Both the position numbers and the translations under genes were made by a program. A stretch of DNA of 64,000 nt from Eledone cirrhosa (taxonomy: Eukaryota): NCBI GenBank assembly GCA_964016885.1, contig OZ024740.1, positions 67,642,001 to 67,706,000 of the forward strand, read 5' to 3'. A model generated the notes under the pieces. That model worked only from the letters and a program-made list of their open reading frames with translations, was not told the DNA's origin and ran no database searches. Shown here piece by piece: positions 1 to 17,417 of this stretch; position 1 is the first letter of the stretch; every line of letters begins with the position of its first letter.

Positions 1-1760
<1,760 letters not shown>

Positions 1761-1814
1761 TAAGTAAGTGCCATACTAAGAGTGAGAAATGAAATTTCGT
1801 TTTCATTTTGTTTC

Positions 1815-1887
<73 letters not shown>

Positions 1888-1991
1888 ACGGCGATGTATT
1901 AGTTTTGCGAAAAGCGAAAACCAACCAAACAGTGAGTGTGTTCTGTTATTAATTCTGGCAATATTACACAAATATGACCCTCCCCAAGTAT

Positions 1992-2052
<61 letters not shown>

Positions 2053-3548
2053 AATTCAGTTTGCTGGTAACATATAAGTTTGTATGGCATTAAGCATGTG
2101 TGCATGTATGTACATTTTTGCTCTTGTTTAGGAGTGGTACATGTGATTATGTATTTGTGCTTAAGGTTCGTTTGAGTTTCAGTCAGTGAAAATTGAAGTG
2201 GGGTGTCATAGTATAATACAGACACTCCTACATACTGCTGCATTCATACACGGATGTTGCAACACTGATGCGGATCAGGAGAAGAAGGAGACTGTAGTGG
2301 TGAGCAATAAAGAGAAAGCAAGAAAAAGACCAAATTAGAATGATATTGTGAGTAGTGGTGAAGGTTATGATGATGATGTTAATGAGGAGGAGCATTTCAG
2401 TGTTGTCGATAATGTCGACGAAGACAGTGAACATGGTATATAATATTTAATAATAATAATACCAGTAGAGCTGGGCGATGTGTAATTGTTATGAAACTGA
2501 ATAAAAATTAATTTTCATTATAATAATATATTAAATAGACCCAAAGTAATTTAGAGTATTGAGTTATCAGTGTGTATGGAAAGGAAGGGAGCGAAACCGA
2601 AGCGGCTATTTGGAAACCAGATGATGTGAAAAGTATTTTAACAGATAATTATCATCTTGCCTACAGATCTACGTGACGTCAAAATTCAATAAATGAAGTA
2701 AAAAAAGAAAAGAAAAACGATAGAAAACGAAACTATATCACACAATAAAATAAAATGAAATGAGAATGCATTTTAAATAGTTGCTATGTTCCACAGGGCA
2801 AATAACTGAAACCACCAACTAGAATTATTTAACTAACACATACTGGATTTCAGACTATATTCAAAATCATTTGTTCCTTAGGGAAGATTTTTTTTTTTTA
2901 GTATTTTTTTTTTTTTTTTTTTAGTATTCTTTTCTATCTGTAATCACCTCAGACGTTGTGGTTCTTCATTTTGTCAACAGTAGACGTATTATTTTTAAGG
3001 CAGCGAATGTTTAGAGCCATTAGAACGTCGGATAGCATCTTTTGCGGTACTCCTTCTGGTTTTCTCGTCTGTGAGATCAATACACATAGATTTCAATTTC
3101 GCATTTCAGTATTTTGAAGATGATAAATAAATTATCATTCCTGTACAGTAGGCCAATCTTACACTAACTCTTTTTTTCTCACTCTATCTATCACGCTGCA
3201 AGTAGTTAGCTGTGCACAAACATGGTGAGGGATCGGCTGCGTATGTTACATTGTCGGCCTTCAATTCCTTCTGAAGCTTAGGCGCTATAGATATCATGGC
3301 ATAGATTTCGCTGATATTTATTTTCAGTATCCTGGCAGATTTGTAGTTTCGTATCGTATTAGGTGGGACAAAGATGTCACATTAATTTTAAATGTGGGCT
3401 AATTTTAATGTCTTCCCATCAAATAACAAAACACCAAACGCCTGGTGTATATCTGTTTTATATTTTGTTTTTCTAATAAATAAGATTAAGAATATGATTT
3501 GATACGAATGAAAGTTTTCTGTTCCTGCAGGAGTCAATTATATATCAA

Positions 3549-3812
<264 letters not shown>

Positions 3813-5770
3813 GCACACAGGCAAACAGACACATATGCATATGTGGGTATGTCTGTTCGTGTCTCTATATACGTTTTGGTTACGATTCCGCATTGCAAAT
3901 TACGTGTCGTTATTTGTTAGCTTTAGTAATAGAAAATAATAAAACCAAAAAATATAAACACAGGATAAATTTCGACAAGAAGACTTTTGCAGCGGCTGTT
4001 TTAAATAACTTCATACAGAATGTTAAATAAATAACAGGCGTGATTCATCGGTTTCTTTAAACTCTGTTTGTGTCTCTATATGTGAGTATGTGGTGTGTGT
4101 GTATGCTCTGTTATGCTTATATAAACGAGTGTTTTTATATGTGTCTGTTCAGGCGTATATATCAACCATGTAGAATGAGTGTAGCCGCACAGCGAAATAT
4201 CGTTTGGTGAAAAGGTGTAAAGAAAGTAGATTTGAGAACAGAAATCTGACTTACACCTGTTTAGGGCCGGTGCTTCCATTAATCCCAACTAGGCATCACT
4301 ATGCGGCACGGTCTTCCGAGAAATACATTACTAAACCTTTCATGGATGATTGATATAAAATAAATACAATAATAATTACTTGTGATTAATATATATATTG
4401 TCAAACATATTTGCAGTAGTATCAGTGCTGTAGAAATATACAAAACAGTGGAAAGGATTGTATGATTTTATGACTTGTCAAATAAGTTGACGAATGTGAA
4501 TGTGGATATAATTGAAAATGCAGGCGTAGTAATGCTTTTTATTTGGTTTGAGCAAGAATTGTCAAAACAAATTCTATCAGTTTAAATTATTTTATTTGGA
4601 AGAATATCTTACCTAATCAGAAAAGGTGGGCGCACATTATAGAGCCTGTTTAGTACGATACATACCAAACTGCCGGCTATTTATCTTGTCGTTTTAAAGC
4701 ACCATCAATGTTTATGGATTTTCGGTATCGCTAAAGCATCGGACGAGTTTCTGTGTTGTATTGCTTCCGGCTCTCTGCGCTGCCACCTCAAATACCTGCA
4801 TGAGAAAATATAATAATATACCAGTCTAGAACGTTAGATGTTCTAATTTGAAATTCTACCATAGTCAACTTCGTATTTCATCGTGTAAGGTTCAATAGAA
4901 TCATGCACTAATGTAGTGAAAGTTGCGAGAAAGTTGCGTTATTTGTTCCGGTTCCATGTTTTGTTTTGTGGCTTACGTGGGTGGGGGGGGTGGGGGGTAC
5001 TTAATCCGTTTACCTGATTTATCAGATCCACGTGATCCTCGCTTGACTTACGTGGTTTCTATTTTGTTTTATGTACTCAGGCAGGTCTCAGGTTTTCAAT
5101 TTCGGAGTATTTTATCCGATGATTTGATGTTTCCACTATTCCACCGCCCCAAAATAATAATATTAATTTGGAGGAAGGATTGAGTTGTGCCTTTGTGAAA
5201 TGCATTAGTAATATAGCAAAATGTACATGGTCGGTTTCACCGAAGAATATTACGAATATTTGATCAAAGAAGCAATCTGATCGTTAAAGGAATAAAGCTG
5301 ATTGTCGGCTTGAACGAAGAAAATAAAATTTTCAAGACTTTCTTATTGTTAATATTATCCATCAGTATCAATTCTTGGTAGAAGAAGAAGAATTTCAACT
5401 CAATGAACAAAGTCTGAACAGATATAGAGTCGTAAACAATGCCACCAATTGAAAGCGTCTTCACTGGTACATTTTTAACGAACTCTAAATGATGAATGGG
5501 GCAGTTGACCTTGGCCAGATTTGAGCAGAGAGTGAGCACAGTGAGCTCGATGAGCACGAATGATAAGGGGTCTTTAGTCGAACCTCATAGCATATCTACC
5601 AAAGTGATGCCTTTACTCTTTAAATTATCTTATAAGAGAAAGAGAATATACATGACACGTGTAACCCCGATGTAATTATCATTGGTATTAAACGTGCTAT
5701 TACTTGTATTACAAGCACTGTCCAACCGATGGGTCCTCAAACAATTTCCAACACTCGAAATACAAATATA

Positions 5771-5814
<44 letters not shown>

Positions 5815-6081
5815 CAATATTTTTTCTCTTCCTCTTTCAAATTTAATTTCTAATTACGCATGCAGGAATTTCGTTGCCAGATCGGTGTTTATAACTTTTA
5901 AATGACGGTTGGCATGACATTGAAAGTCAAGTCGCTGTCCCACTGGGAAAGTCATTTAGCAAGTAATGAAGTGTCTCTGTTGTATAATTATAACTTCATT
6001 AAAAATAAAAGGGAAAAAAGCCGATCACTGATACAACACGATCTCCATTTCTCTATTTGTTTGCCTGTCTGTCTCTGTCAA

Positions 6082-6179
<98 letters not shown>

Positions 6180-7622
6180 CATACTCACCCTCCCTCTCCC
6201 TTACAAATTTTGTGAGCTGCCATTTTTTTCTTCACTTATTCGCTACAAAGTCATTGTTATCCTTCTAATCTTCGGAGTTAGTTTTTTGTTCTCTGATTGA
6301 CTGACTATTCTTAATAATTTTTGCCATATTTTGTTTCACAATTTTTCAAGTATTTATGTTTACATATTTTATTTTATTTTATTCTCATTTGTTTCACTTC
6401 TCCGTATAAATATTGTTTTATATCTTTATTTATTTATAACGAATTTAATCAATCTACTCCCAGAAAATGTCAAAATAAATTTAAATTTAAATACAAAAAA
6501 GAAATGAAAGATAGCAAAAATTGAAAACAATAATTTTAACATGTCATTCATCAGATTTCTAAAATTTAGTTGTTAATCAAAACTTCACCTCCCACGAATC
6601 CATTTTTTCAAAAAGTCTTTAAAAACAACAACGGCAATATATTTATATATACGAATATAATTTGGAATGGGTGACAATTGTGATTGGCGAATTTTACCGT
6701 TTAATTTTAGAGTATTTTTTTTTTTCACTTTTATGATTGCTTCAATTACAATGACAAATTAAGAAATAAATATGACGTATTTCTTCAACTGAAAAATCAG
6801 GAAGGTGACGAGTGGACAAAAGTTAAGGTTTCTTTCTTATATTTTTAAAACACTTTCTAATTAATATTTTTCGTGAGTGTTATTTCATTCACTGCAGTTG
6901 TTACTTAATTTGATTTTGAATATCCTGTTGAATTGTAAATTAAAAAAATACGTTAAAATTAAAACTTCCAACTGGATTTTATCATATCATTGTCTCGATA
7001 TGTCAATTTATACTATCATTAGGTGAAAGTAATAGGAAAATCTCAATTCATTTTGTATGTGTTGATGAAAACATAAGCACACACACATACGTTAATCCAA
7101 CATTCCGCGAAATATAATCAGACTCTGAAGCATTTTTTTCCCAGAACCCATTCCGCAATTAAAATAAATTTCGAATCAACATTAAGGCAATCTAATATTG
7201 TCGTACGTTTTTACTACGTGGTTATTAATTCAGAAACCTATACAATCAATGTCAAAAATCGCCAGTGATATAAAACATGATTGTTAAAGCTATCGATTGA
7301 ATCTAAACTAATACAGATCAAATAGTGTTTATCGATCATCATGAAGAAATCTAAATAGCATTTGAGTGTTCATATCAATTGTTAATTCTAAATTAATGAT
7401 AAAAATCTCGTATAATAGCATGTATAAATTTATAAAATTCATACAATAAAAATATCAGAAATTAATTCCATTAACAACATACACTTTAAAATACAGGTGA
7501 TAATATCGGAAATTTAAAATAATTTGGGATGAAACACCGATATAATATTTTATTCATACCAAATATGAAAGTTGATAATGGACACACATGGATAGCCAGA
7601 GGGTTATTGGTCTTGAAAAATT

Positions 7623-7680
<58 letters not shown>

Positions 7681-7684
<4 letters not shown>

Positions 7685-8352
7685 GGAATAGAATGAAACG
7701 AAATTTCATTTCTCACTCTTAGTACGGCACTTACTTAAATGTAAGTATGTATGTATACGTACATACATATGTGTATACAGACGTACAGTAGTATGTATAT
7801 ATATATACATACATGCACACATATATATATATATGCACGTATCGGTTTACCGAACATTTATTATAATGCTCGGTTTGTTTGTAAACAAACAAACAGCCCG
7901 AATTACGCCTTACAGTGTTTAGGCAACCACGTCACATTTTTGTTCAATACTGACACAGGAACGATGTACTAGTTTCAAGCTTATTAGCTATCGTCAGCAT
8001 CATATACCTTTCTGCGAGATGGTTGAACTTCTGAAAGTATATACTTTCCTTATGCATATTAACGGCTGAGCAGCCTAATTTGCATATCGAGTGAGTTTAT
8101 TCGGCCGGGCGCACCGAAAACGATAAATGGAATAGAATGAAACGAAATTTCATTTCTCACTCTTAGTACAGCAGTTACTTTAATGTAAGTATATATGTAT
8201 GTATACGTACATACATATATGTATACAGACGTACAGTAGTATGTATATATATACATACATGCACACATATATATATGCACGTATCGGTTTACCGAACATT
8301 TATCATAATGCTCGGTTTGTTTGTAAACAAAGAGCCCGAATTACGCCGTACA
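7681..8352 (-). mobile_element. Retrozyme-like non-coding element, family A (444-bp unit, about 1.5 tandem copies)
   Basis: 7681-7914 is repeated at 8125-8352; flanked by (TA)n; contains an HHR and octamer/TATA on the minus strand; homologous to 20177-21015 and to a fragment at 1761-1815. Confidence 0.8.
7963..8001 (-). ncRNA. Minimal type I hammerhead ribozyme
   Basis: Minus strand reads gatg-CTGACGA-t-agct-aata-agct-t-GAAA-ctag-TA-catc; canonical core and palindromic stem III. Confidence 0.88.
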
Positions 8353-8940
8353 TACTTATATATATATATATATATATATTAATAGTTGATCTACTTTCGT
8401 CAAATCGGACGGAGTAAAGCTGTTTCTGTTGATCTTTCCAATTGATAATACTCTCTATCGATCGCAACTCCATAGAGTGTCTTGCTCTGTCCAGGAATCG
8501 AACTCACTACCTGATGATTGTGAATCCAAGTCTCTTACCGCTCAGCCAAGTGCCTATGTATATAGGCATGTGTTTATGTTTATGTATATGTCTTCCTGAT
8601 AATTTTAAACGAATGAAAGTTGTGTAGTCTCTCTAGATGTCATAATTACTATATGAAATATATGTGTTATGCGTTTGCGCGCGCGTGTGTGTGTTATGCG
8701 TGTGCGCGTGCGTATGTGTGATTGTGATTTACGATGTATTAATTTAAATGTATTTTAATAATTAACGTTGATTAAATGTTTATGCCTTTCGTTCAGTCAG
8801 TCTCCTACAGAGAGAACCTTTCTTTATACCCCATCAATGAGACATTTAACTGCTATAGTCTCTCTGGTTATGGCGTTAATCTTTACCTATATACTCATAT
8901 AAATACGTGTATATGCATATGAATATATATATATGAAAAT

Positions 8941-9071
8941 GTTTAACCCCGACGGCAGAGCTCAAGCCGTTTCGACGGAGTTAAACATTTTTATATTACC
9001 CACTCTACTACCCTAAGTATTTAGTACTCTGGTGCGTTATGGTCCATCTAGTTCCTTACCACACTCCCTTC

Positions 9072-9075
<4 letters not shown>
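8941..9075 (+). mobile_element. PLE pLTR-derived fragment (same family as 13988-14180)
   Basis: Shares the attacccactctactaccctaagtatt tail and an inverted HHR 3' half (ccccgacggcagagctcaagccgtttcgac). Confidence 0.65.
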
Positions 9076-9118
<43 letters not shown>

Positions 9119-9714
9119 GTCTGCTCGTGTGTGCGTGTGTGTGTATTTATGTTTGTGAATATATATAACAATGTTTTCATTATAGAAATAGGGAACATTC
9201 TCCATTGTCTTGAACGTGTGCGATGGAGTTTTCTGTATCATTATCTATACATATGTGTGTGCTCACGTTATAACTGTTATGCCTGAGCTGATGGACTTGT
9301 ACACACAGACTCGCATATCGTCTGGCTTCCTGAATAACTGACACACTCCCTATAGACAGACACAATGGGAGAAAATTAGTGCTGCCAGATCGTGAAAAAT
9401 TTTGGCGGAATACGTACGTATTCTTAAGAGTTCCCACAAGCTTGCAGATTTGTTGAAATAGGTCACATGTGACTAACTTAATGTCACAAGCGAATGTTGT
9501 TGCTTCTTTACACATAATAGAATTGACCTTTCTAATAATAATAATAATAATAATAATAATGTTAATAAGAATAACAATAAGACGAAGAATATCAACATTA
9601 ATAGTAATAACAATAATAATACACATAATGATAATGATAATAATAATTATCATATTTAAATGTTAATAATTGAAATAGTTTGAACAAAAACAATGTAATT
9701 CATAATACTAGTAA

Positions 9715-9904
9715 ATAATTGTTTCTACTTTAGGCACAAGGCCAGCAATTACCCAGTACATTACTGGTACTTTATTTTATCGACCCCGTAAGGATGAAAG
9801 GCAAAGTTAACCTCGGCGGGATTTGAACTCAGACTGTAAAGGGACATAACTATGCTAGAAAACATGGCGTCCAACCTTCTACCGATACTGCCAATTCACC
9901 GCCC
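9715..9904 (-). mobile_element. tRNA-derived SINE, full length
   Basis: A box TGGCAGTATCGG and B box GAGTTCAAATCC on the minus strand, core GCCTTTCATCCTTACGGGGTCGATAAAATAAAGTACCAG, AT-rich tail; many copies in the window. Confidence 0.92.
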
Positions 9905-10010
9905 TTGTGCCTAATGTAAAAACAATTATTTATACTCCAGTCCTACAAACTGTAGAGTTCTACTCATACGCTATTTGCATTGCTTTACTGTGCTACAATA
10001 AAACTCACCT

Positions 10011-10479
<469 letters not shown>

Positions 10480-10770
10480 ACCTATATGTGTATATATATG
10501 TATATGTTGGTTAAGAGAGTGGGACTGGCTTTGTGCAGTGCCTTTGCTCACTATAAAAGCTTCACGGCACAGGCATTGCTTTATATCCAGAGATCTCTCT
10601 GCACTTGTCGTCACATGGTACCATGGGCCCAGCACTATGTGTCAATAATTATAAAGTAGTGGCCGTACTCGAAAACGAGTTGGCAGCCACCATATGTATG
10701 TATATAGTCGCATGCGTGCGTGTGATTAGATGTACATGTACGTATATATATATATGTGTGTATATATATA

Positions 10771-10954
10771 ATTGTTCCTACTTGAGGCACAAGGCCAGCA
10801 ATTACCCAGTGCATTAATGGTACTTTATTTTATCGACCCCGTAAAGATGAAAGGCAAAGTCAACCTCGGCGGGATTTGAACTCAGATCGTAAAGGGACGT
10901 AACTATGCTGGAAAGCATGGCGTCCGACCCTCTACCGATACTGCCAATCCACCA
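10771..10954 (-). mobile_element. tRNA-derived SINE
   Basis: Same family as 9715-9904. Confidence 0.92.
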
Positions 10955-11329
10955 TGTGTGTATATATATAATACTAGTAAATAATGATTCCTTATTTCTT
11001 ATTTATTTATTAATTATTTAAAGATTAAGTCAATATATACACATTCTCATTTCTATATGTATGCCCTTGGGATGGAATTTTATTGGGTTTTATTGTTGTG
11101 TTTTGTAGAAGCTTTGTCATATTAAATACATTAACTTTTCCGTTATCTATAAACAAAATGTAGAGATACTGTTATATATACAATTATTAGAGGCTGTTAA
11201 TTTCAAAGTTAGCAATAGGCAGTAGGGAGAAAAGAGAATGGAGATACACACATATAAACACACAAATACTAACAAACACACACACACACGCACACACACA
11301 TACACACACACACACACACACACGCACAG

Positions 11330-11405
<76 letters not shown>

Positions 11406-11530
11406 GCACGCATATATATACGAGGTGGGTCAGAAAAGTTGCAGGACTGATGTCACAAAAGATTTATTTCAAACCCAAACTTCACACTGAGAGTTTTCTC
11501 CTTCTCGTATATGTATATAAATATATATAT

Positions 11531-11635
<105 letters not shown>

Positions 11636-12290
11636 CATAGATAGAGAGAAACTGAGAGAGAGAAAGAGAGAGAGACATACCTTTCTTCTTCTTTAGGGCA
11701 TACTGTTCGCTATGTAGCATTGAGAGACGAACAATCTCACTTTCCACGGTCGCAAGCTCTATCATGAACCTGCTTCCAGGCACAATCCTGGTCTGCTAGT
11801 TTTTTCAATAAACTCAACTAAGTCTTCATAGATCTGCGTTGCTTCCCATCTGGAATTCCTCACTACTAGAGCATGTTATCACATACAAATGCCAGACGAA
11901 TCCGGACTTCATAATTTTATATTTGGCCACTTCCTCTATTGATTACAATGAAAGGATTCCTTGGAAAATATTGATATTTATATAAAAATCATATTAATTC
12001 TTAAATTATTTCATTTTGTTCATTTGACTGAAAGAATTTCATGAACTATTGCGTCCCGAAGTAGTCAGGATGTCATTTTAATTTATAATTTTCAATTAAT
12101 AATTACAATTTCTTCATTTGTATCTTGGTAAAACGTTCTCCGTGTGGATATTGCTTGTTTTGTAACTTTATGTTATTTTGAGAGATACATGATTTTGGCT
12201 CTGACAGTAAAGTTTCGAATTCATTTTAATAATGGTTTGGGGAATATGTGATGTGTTTATAAGCCAATTTTACTGAATACACACACTCAC

Positions 12291-12349
<59 letters not shown>

Positions 12350-12354
<5 letters not shown>

Positions 12355-12695
12355 GAAAAGGATAAAATCGGAAATGCAACTGTAGTCTTTTTTTTTTTCA
12401 TATATATATATTTGGTTCCTTTATCGGTTTCGCAGTTCTTCTGCTTTTCAAAAGTAGAATTGAGATGAAGGGTCTGTGGTTTTTCTCATATCTGAGAAAA
12501 CCCACAGGCCCACCATTTCAATTCTACTTTTGAAAAGCAGAAAAACTGCGAAACCGGTAAAGGAACCAAGTAAATGTATATTTAAAAAAAGGAGACTCCA
12601 GTTGCATTTTCGATTTCATCTTTTTTCCTTATACTTTCACTCGTGTTAGGACACCTCGGTTATTTATCATTTTGTAAAAAAACCCTCACTTTCTA
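12350..12695 (+). mobile_element. Foldback pLTR element (arms about 140 bp, centre near 12490, 3' tail)
   Basis: 12350-12488 is the imperfect reverse complement of 12493-12632; each arm has an HHR motif; homologs at 21900-22100 and 27765-27860. Confidence 0.8.
12527..12562 (+). ncRNA. Minimal type I HHR, U3-A8 core variant
   Basis: ctt-TTGAAAA-gcag-aaaaa-ctgc-GAAA-ccgg-TA-aag. Confidence 0.72.
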
Positions 12696-12703
12696 ATATA
12701 TAT

Positions 12704-13325
12704 ATACTAACAGAATTACCCGCGCCTTGCTGCGTTTAACACGTTTTTGGGGGTGAGAAAATGATGATTGATTTTAAATCAGTGATATTATGTATGGAGA
12801 AAAACTCTGCATTTCAATATTACTCAATGTAAAATGCAATGCATGAAAAATTGGAAAACATTTTTTGTAATATATCAAATCAAAATTACATTATTAAATC
12901 TTATTCTTATTTTCTTTCTATATAATACTTTTTTTTAAAACATCAATTCAGAACATTTGTGAATGGGCATCATATCTCGTCATTTACCTATGGTTTAAAT
13001 TTCATATAAATCGAAGGGAAACACTTTTCCACGGGGGTTTGTGCCTGCGGGGAACCCTAACAAGTGGTTTAACCCCCATTAGGGTGTCTTAATATTATTC
13101 AAATTTGCTGAAATTTTCTCAATACGCATCATATCCTGTCATTTACTTATGGTTTATATTTCATATACATTGAAGAGAAAGATTTTTCGGCGGGGGTTTT
13201 TGATTAAAATGAAATTTACATATCCAAGTACCCTGGGCAATGTAATTTCAGAATATATATGGTTATGGGGTCTCTCTCCAAAACCATAGGAGTAGTTCGT
13301 GAACAAAGACACATACAGGAATACA

Positions 13326-13330
<5 letters not shown>
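12704..13330 (+). mobile_element. Probable non-autonomous Helitron-like element
   Basis: 5' end tactaacagaattacccgcgccttgc, internal ~70-bp subrepeats at 12971-13040 and 13130-13199, 3' end acatacag...actttata; class assigned from end motifs only. Confidence 0.5.
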
Positions 13331-13389
<59 letters not shown>

Positions 13390-13721
13390 GAGCAAACATC
13401 ACGGGGGCTCTATCTCAAAATTATTTTTGAAAAGCATTAGAAATGCGCAACCGGTAAAAACTTAAAATTCAAACTGAATACTAACCAATACTTATTACTA
13501 ATTTTTACTTATTCCTAATTAAACCATTTTTCACTGGAAACAATTTGTCAGCATTTTCTTTTCCTTTTACCAATATATATATATATATAAATATAAACAA
13601 TACATAAATTATTAAGGGTGATGACTAAATTACTTAATAAACAGGGTGTAGACATAATGGTAGTTTTGCATGGGCCTGTACACACAGATACAAACACACA
13701 AGCACGCACACACACACACAC

Positions 13722-13759
<38 letters not shown>

Positions 13760-13765
<6 letters not shown>

Positions 13766-13968
13766 ATTATGTAATAAACAACATAAGGCAATTATTCCAT
13801 TTACCAGTGGTTTCTTAAAGGATTGAAAGCAAAACCTTTTGCTTTTAAGAAACCACTGGTAAATGGAATAATTGCCTTATGTTGTTTATTACATAATAAT
13901 AATAATTAAGCTCTGTTGCATACATAGAGCACTCTTTTTTCCTGGACTTTTCCGATGGAATTACTTCA
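13760..13968 (+). mobile_element. Foldback pLTR element with tail
   Basis: Palindrome 13760-13900 carrying HHR 3' half GAAA-ccactgg-TA-aatgg; relatives at 17410-17572, 34880-34942 and 35686-35830. Confidence 0.75.
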
Positions 13969-13987
13969 CATATATATATATATATAT

Positions 13988-14180
13988 ATAGGAACAAGTA
14001 AGACCTCGGCGGCTGAGCTCAAGCCGTTTCGACGGCTAATCCAGTACAGAATTAGCCGTCGAAACGGCTTGAGCTCAGCCGCCGGGGTCTTACTTGTTCC
14101 TATTACCCACTCTACTACCCTAAGTATTGAGTACTTTGGTGCGTTATGGTCCACCTGGTTCCTTACCACATTTCCTTCGT
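13988..14180 (+). mobile_element. Foldback pLTR element with tail
   Basis: Near-perfect palindrome 13988-14103 carrying GAAA-cggc-ttgagctca-gccg; inverted sister copy at 21409-21613; tail-only copy at 16643-16730. Confidence 0.8.
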
Positions 14181-14298
14181 TATATATTTATATATAAATA
14201 TACAGGGGGTGTAACTTGGAGTTACTGCAGGTTCACACGGGAGAGCACTCGATGTTTAGGTTCACTTCTGTGATGAGGTGTAAGCTATACATACACAC

Positions 14299-14384
<86 letters not shown>

Positions 14385-14403
14385 GTGTGTGCGTGTATGT
14401 ATG

Positions 14404-15731
14404 TATTTTGAATGCATTTTATGATGCTTGCACTGCCATAGGTTTGACTGTCAGTCTCAAGAAAACCGTCGACATGTACCAACCTGCCTCTGGTTAGCAG
14501 TAGTAGTGAAACAAATATCTATGGGGATGGTAAACGACTTGGAGTGGTTGATCAGTTTGTCTACCTGTGAAGCTCTGTCAATCGATACAGCAACCTTGAT
14601 AATTAAATCTCACTCAGGATTAGGAAAGCAACTGATGCTTTCGGAAAGCTAGAAAGGCGACTCTGGGGTCGGCGAGACATATGCAAGAAGACAAAGGTAA
14701 AGGTGTACAAGGCATGTGTGCTCTCTTCTCTTCTTTATGCCTGCGGATCTGGATCACATATCGACACCACAATAAGCAATTGGAGCGATTCCATCAGATA
14801 TGTCTCAGACGGATCCATGACGTTCACTGGAGGGACCACAACAGTGATGTCCAGATTTCGGAAAGCTCTCTGTGTGACGGTATAGAAGGTCTTGTGCTTA
14901 AGCAACGACTCCGTTGGAGTGGTCACCTTGCCAGGATGAAGGATTCTAGAATACCAAAACAACTCTTTTATGGAGAGTTAGTTAAAGGAAAACGACCGCT
15001 ACATAAACCAAAAAAGAAGTATAAGGAATTCCTTGAAAGCCTCTTTGAAAGACGCTAACCTTTCTGCTGATACATGGGAAAATGTTGCTGCTGATTGTAA
15101 TAAATGGAGAAAGACTCTATATGAGGGGAAAGTTGCTTTTGAGTCATTTTGAATCGCATACGAGAAAGTAAAGCGGGATGTGTAGAAGGGCATTGCGGTT
15201 GCATTTCCAGATGGCGAAGGTCCTCCTATGGCGGTGACATGCAGTGTCTGTGCGAGACTCTGCCTAAGCAAAGCTGGACTCGAAAGTCATATTCGCAGTC
15301 ATAAAGTAAGACCAGTGGTTGACTACCAGGCTGTTGTTGGAGATGCTACTCATCATGCTTGCCAAGCATGTGGTAGAGAATGTAAATCAGCAGGAGGGCT
15401 TAAATGATATGCAAAAGTACATGAATTCCAACCACAGCCGGCTATTCGCAGTGAATGTTTTGGCTGCCAACTCTGTGCAAGACATTTTAGATCATTGGCT
15501 GGGCTAAAAAGCCACATTCTATCGCAGAGCTGTTAATTACTATCGTGTGAGTGTGTAGATATGTTTATGTGTGTGCCCGTGTGTGTATAAATACATATAT
15601 ATATATGTATATTATTATTGTTGTTGTTGTCGTTATTTATTATTGTCGTTATTATTATTATTATTGTTATTATTATGGTATTTCTTTTCTCGTGCAATTG
15701 CCATACTCGATAACGAGGGGACAGCCATCAT
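14404..15731 (+). mobile_element. 5'-truncated RTE-clade LINE (end of RT, C-terminal region, three C2H2 fingers, 3' UTR); pseudogenised
   Basis: Motifs GLTVSLKKT, AFGKLERRLW, TKVKVYKACVLSSLLYAC, RLRWSGHLARMKDSRIPKQLFYGEL, with frameshifts and stops; 3' hairpin ctcgataacgag near 15707. Confidence 0.9.
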
Positions 15732-15955
15732 GTGTGTATGTATATATATCACATTCAAGCATTGAACACGAGTTAGACATATAATTTGACTTGCACCTAT
15801 ACAAGTTTAATAATTTTGCAATAAGGTGTGTGTCTGGGCGTTTTCAGGCACTGCCAGTTGCCAATCGCTTTACCGTGTCGGTTGTCACAAACAGTCATGA
15901 CCGGAATGGGCCGGTATTTGGATTCTGTCGATCGATTGGTTATTGATTAGGCAAT

Positions 15956-16067
15956 ACCCTCTGATGAAGCCGCATAAGCCGACTGTGCATTGTTGCATAA
16001 TATATGCAGACGGATGGTGCAGTGCACCTTACTGCTGCATTAGTGCGGCAGAAACACGAGTCCGGGA
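15956..16067 (+). ncRNA. Degenerate type I HHR with long stem II
   Basis: ccct-CTGATGA-a-gccgca...tgcggc-a-GAAA-cacgag-TC-cggg; stem I has a mismatch. Confidence 0.6.
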
Positions 16068-16173
16068 ACCTTATAGGCACCCATTTTACGTGTGTTGAGT
16101 TGAGGCAAATAACTATGTGTATACTCTGGTAATGTATCTTACATTGCCCATTGAGTGCGCTATATTATATATA

Positions 16174-16235
<62 letters not shown>

Positions 16236-16241
<6 letters not shown>

Positions 16242-16551
16242 ATACTTTGGGAGGGTCATGTTGCCAATAATAAACACACGCACCAGTTGCTTTCACTTCA
16301 ATTTATTATATATTTATAAATTTATAAATTTACAAACTTATAAATTTCTGGTTGGTTGGTTGTGGAACCAACCAACCAACCAGAAATTTATAAGTTTGTA
16401 AATTTATAAATTTATAAATATATAATAAATTGAGGTGAAAGCAACTGGTGCGTGTGTTTCTTATTGGCAACATGACCCTCGCAAAGTATAACACTATCGG
16501 TTTCAACAAACGATTTCAGATAAAGAATCTTGCTAAACAAATTCAGAAACG

Positions 16552-16553
<2 letters not shown>
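16236..16553. mobile_element. Foldback element made of the terminal sequence of the PLE at 62718-64000
   Basis: Palindrome 16236-16492; the arm is near-identical to 62718-62800; weaker relative at 54615-54680. Confidence 0.8.
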
Positions 16554-16620
<67 letters not shown>

Positions 16621-16798
16621 ATATTTATATATAGGAAAAATATGACCCCTATTACCCACTCTACTACCCTAACTATTGAGTACTCTGATGCGTTATGGTC
16701 CATCTGGTTCCGTAACACAATTCCTTCGTTATTTTATCTATAGATATAATTTATATATATATATTATATATATATATATATATTTTATATATATATAG

Positions 16799-16832
<34 letters not shown>

Positions 16833-17417
16833 ATATATATATAGATTTTATATATATATATTTCATATATATGTATTTTATATATATATATATATATATA
16901 CATATATTTTATATATACATATTTTATATATATATTATATATATATATATTGTATATATATACATATTTTATATATATATATATATATATATCGTAAAAT
17001 AATGAATTTTTTTTGTTTAATATGAGGAACTGTTTCTTTGTTTATTCATTATTTTTTTAATAATTTATCTTGACTCTGTTTTCCGTTTATTTTTCACCGA
17101 AAGTAGGTTTTGAATGCATCTTCTCTTTTCATGATATCCGGATTACATTGAGTTCTTCATACGGATTGGACACTACCGTAAACTTTTGTTAGATTTATCT
17201 ACATATATATATATATATATTTTATATATATATATATATTTTATATATATATTTTATATATATATATATTTTACATATATATATATTTTATATATATATA
17301 TATATATTATATATTATATATATATATATTTTATATATATATATATATTTTATATATATATTTTACATATATACATATATTTTAGATATATACTGTCAAT
17401 AAATACACCATGATTTT

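Noticed and set aside
5180-5600. Non-repetitive segment with a 97-aa minus-strand ORF
   Set aside because: No recognisable motif in the frames I read; may be a decayed transposon but cannot be supported
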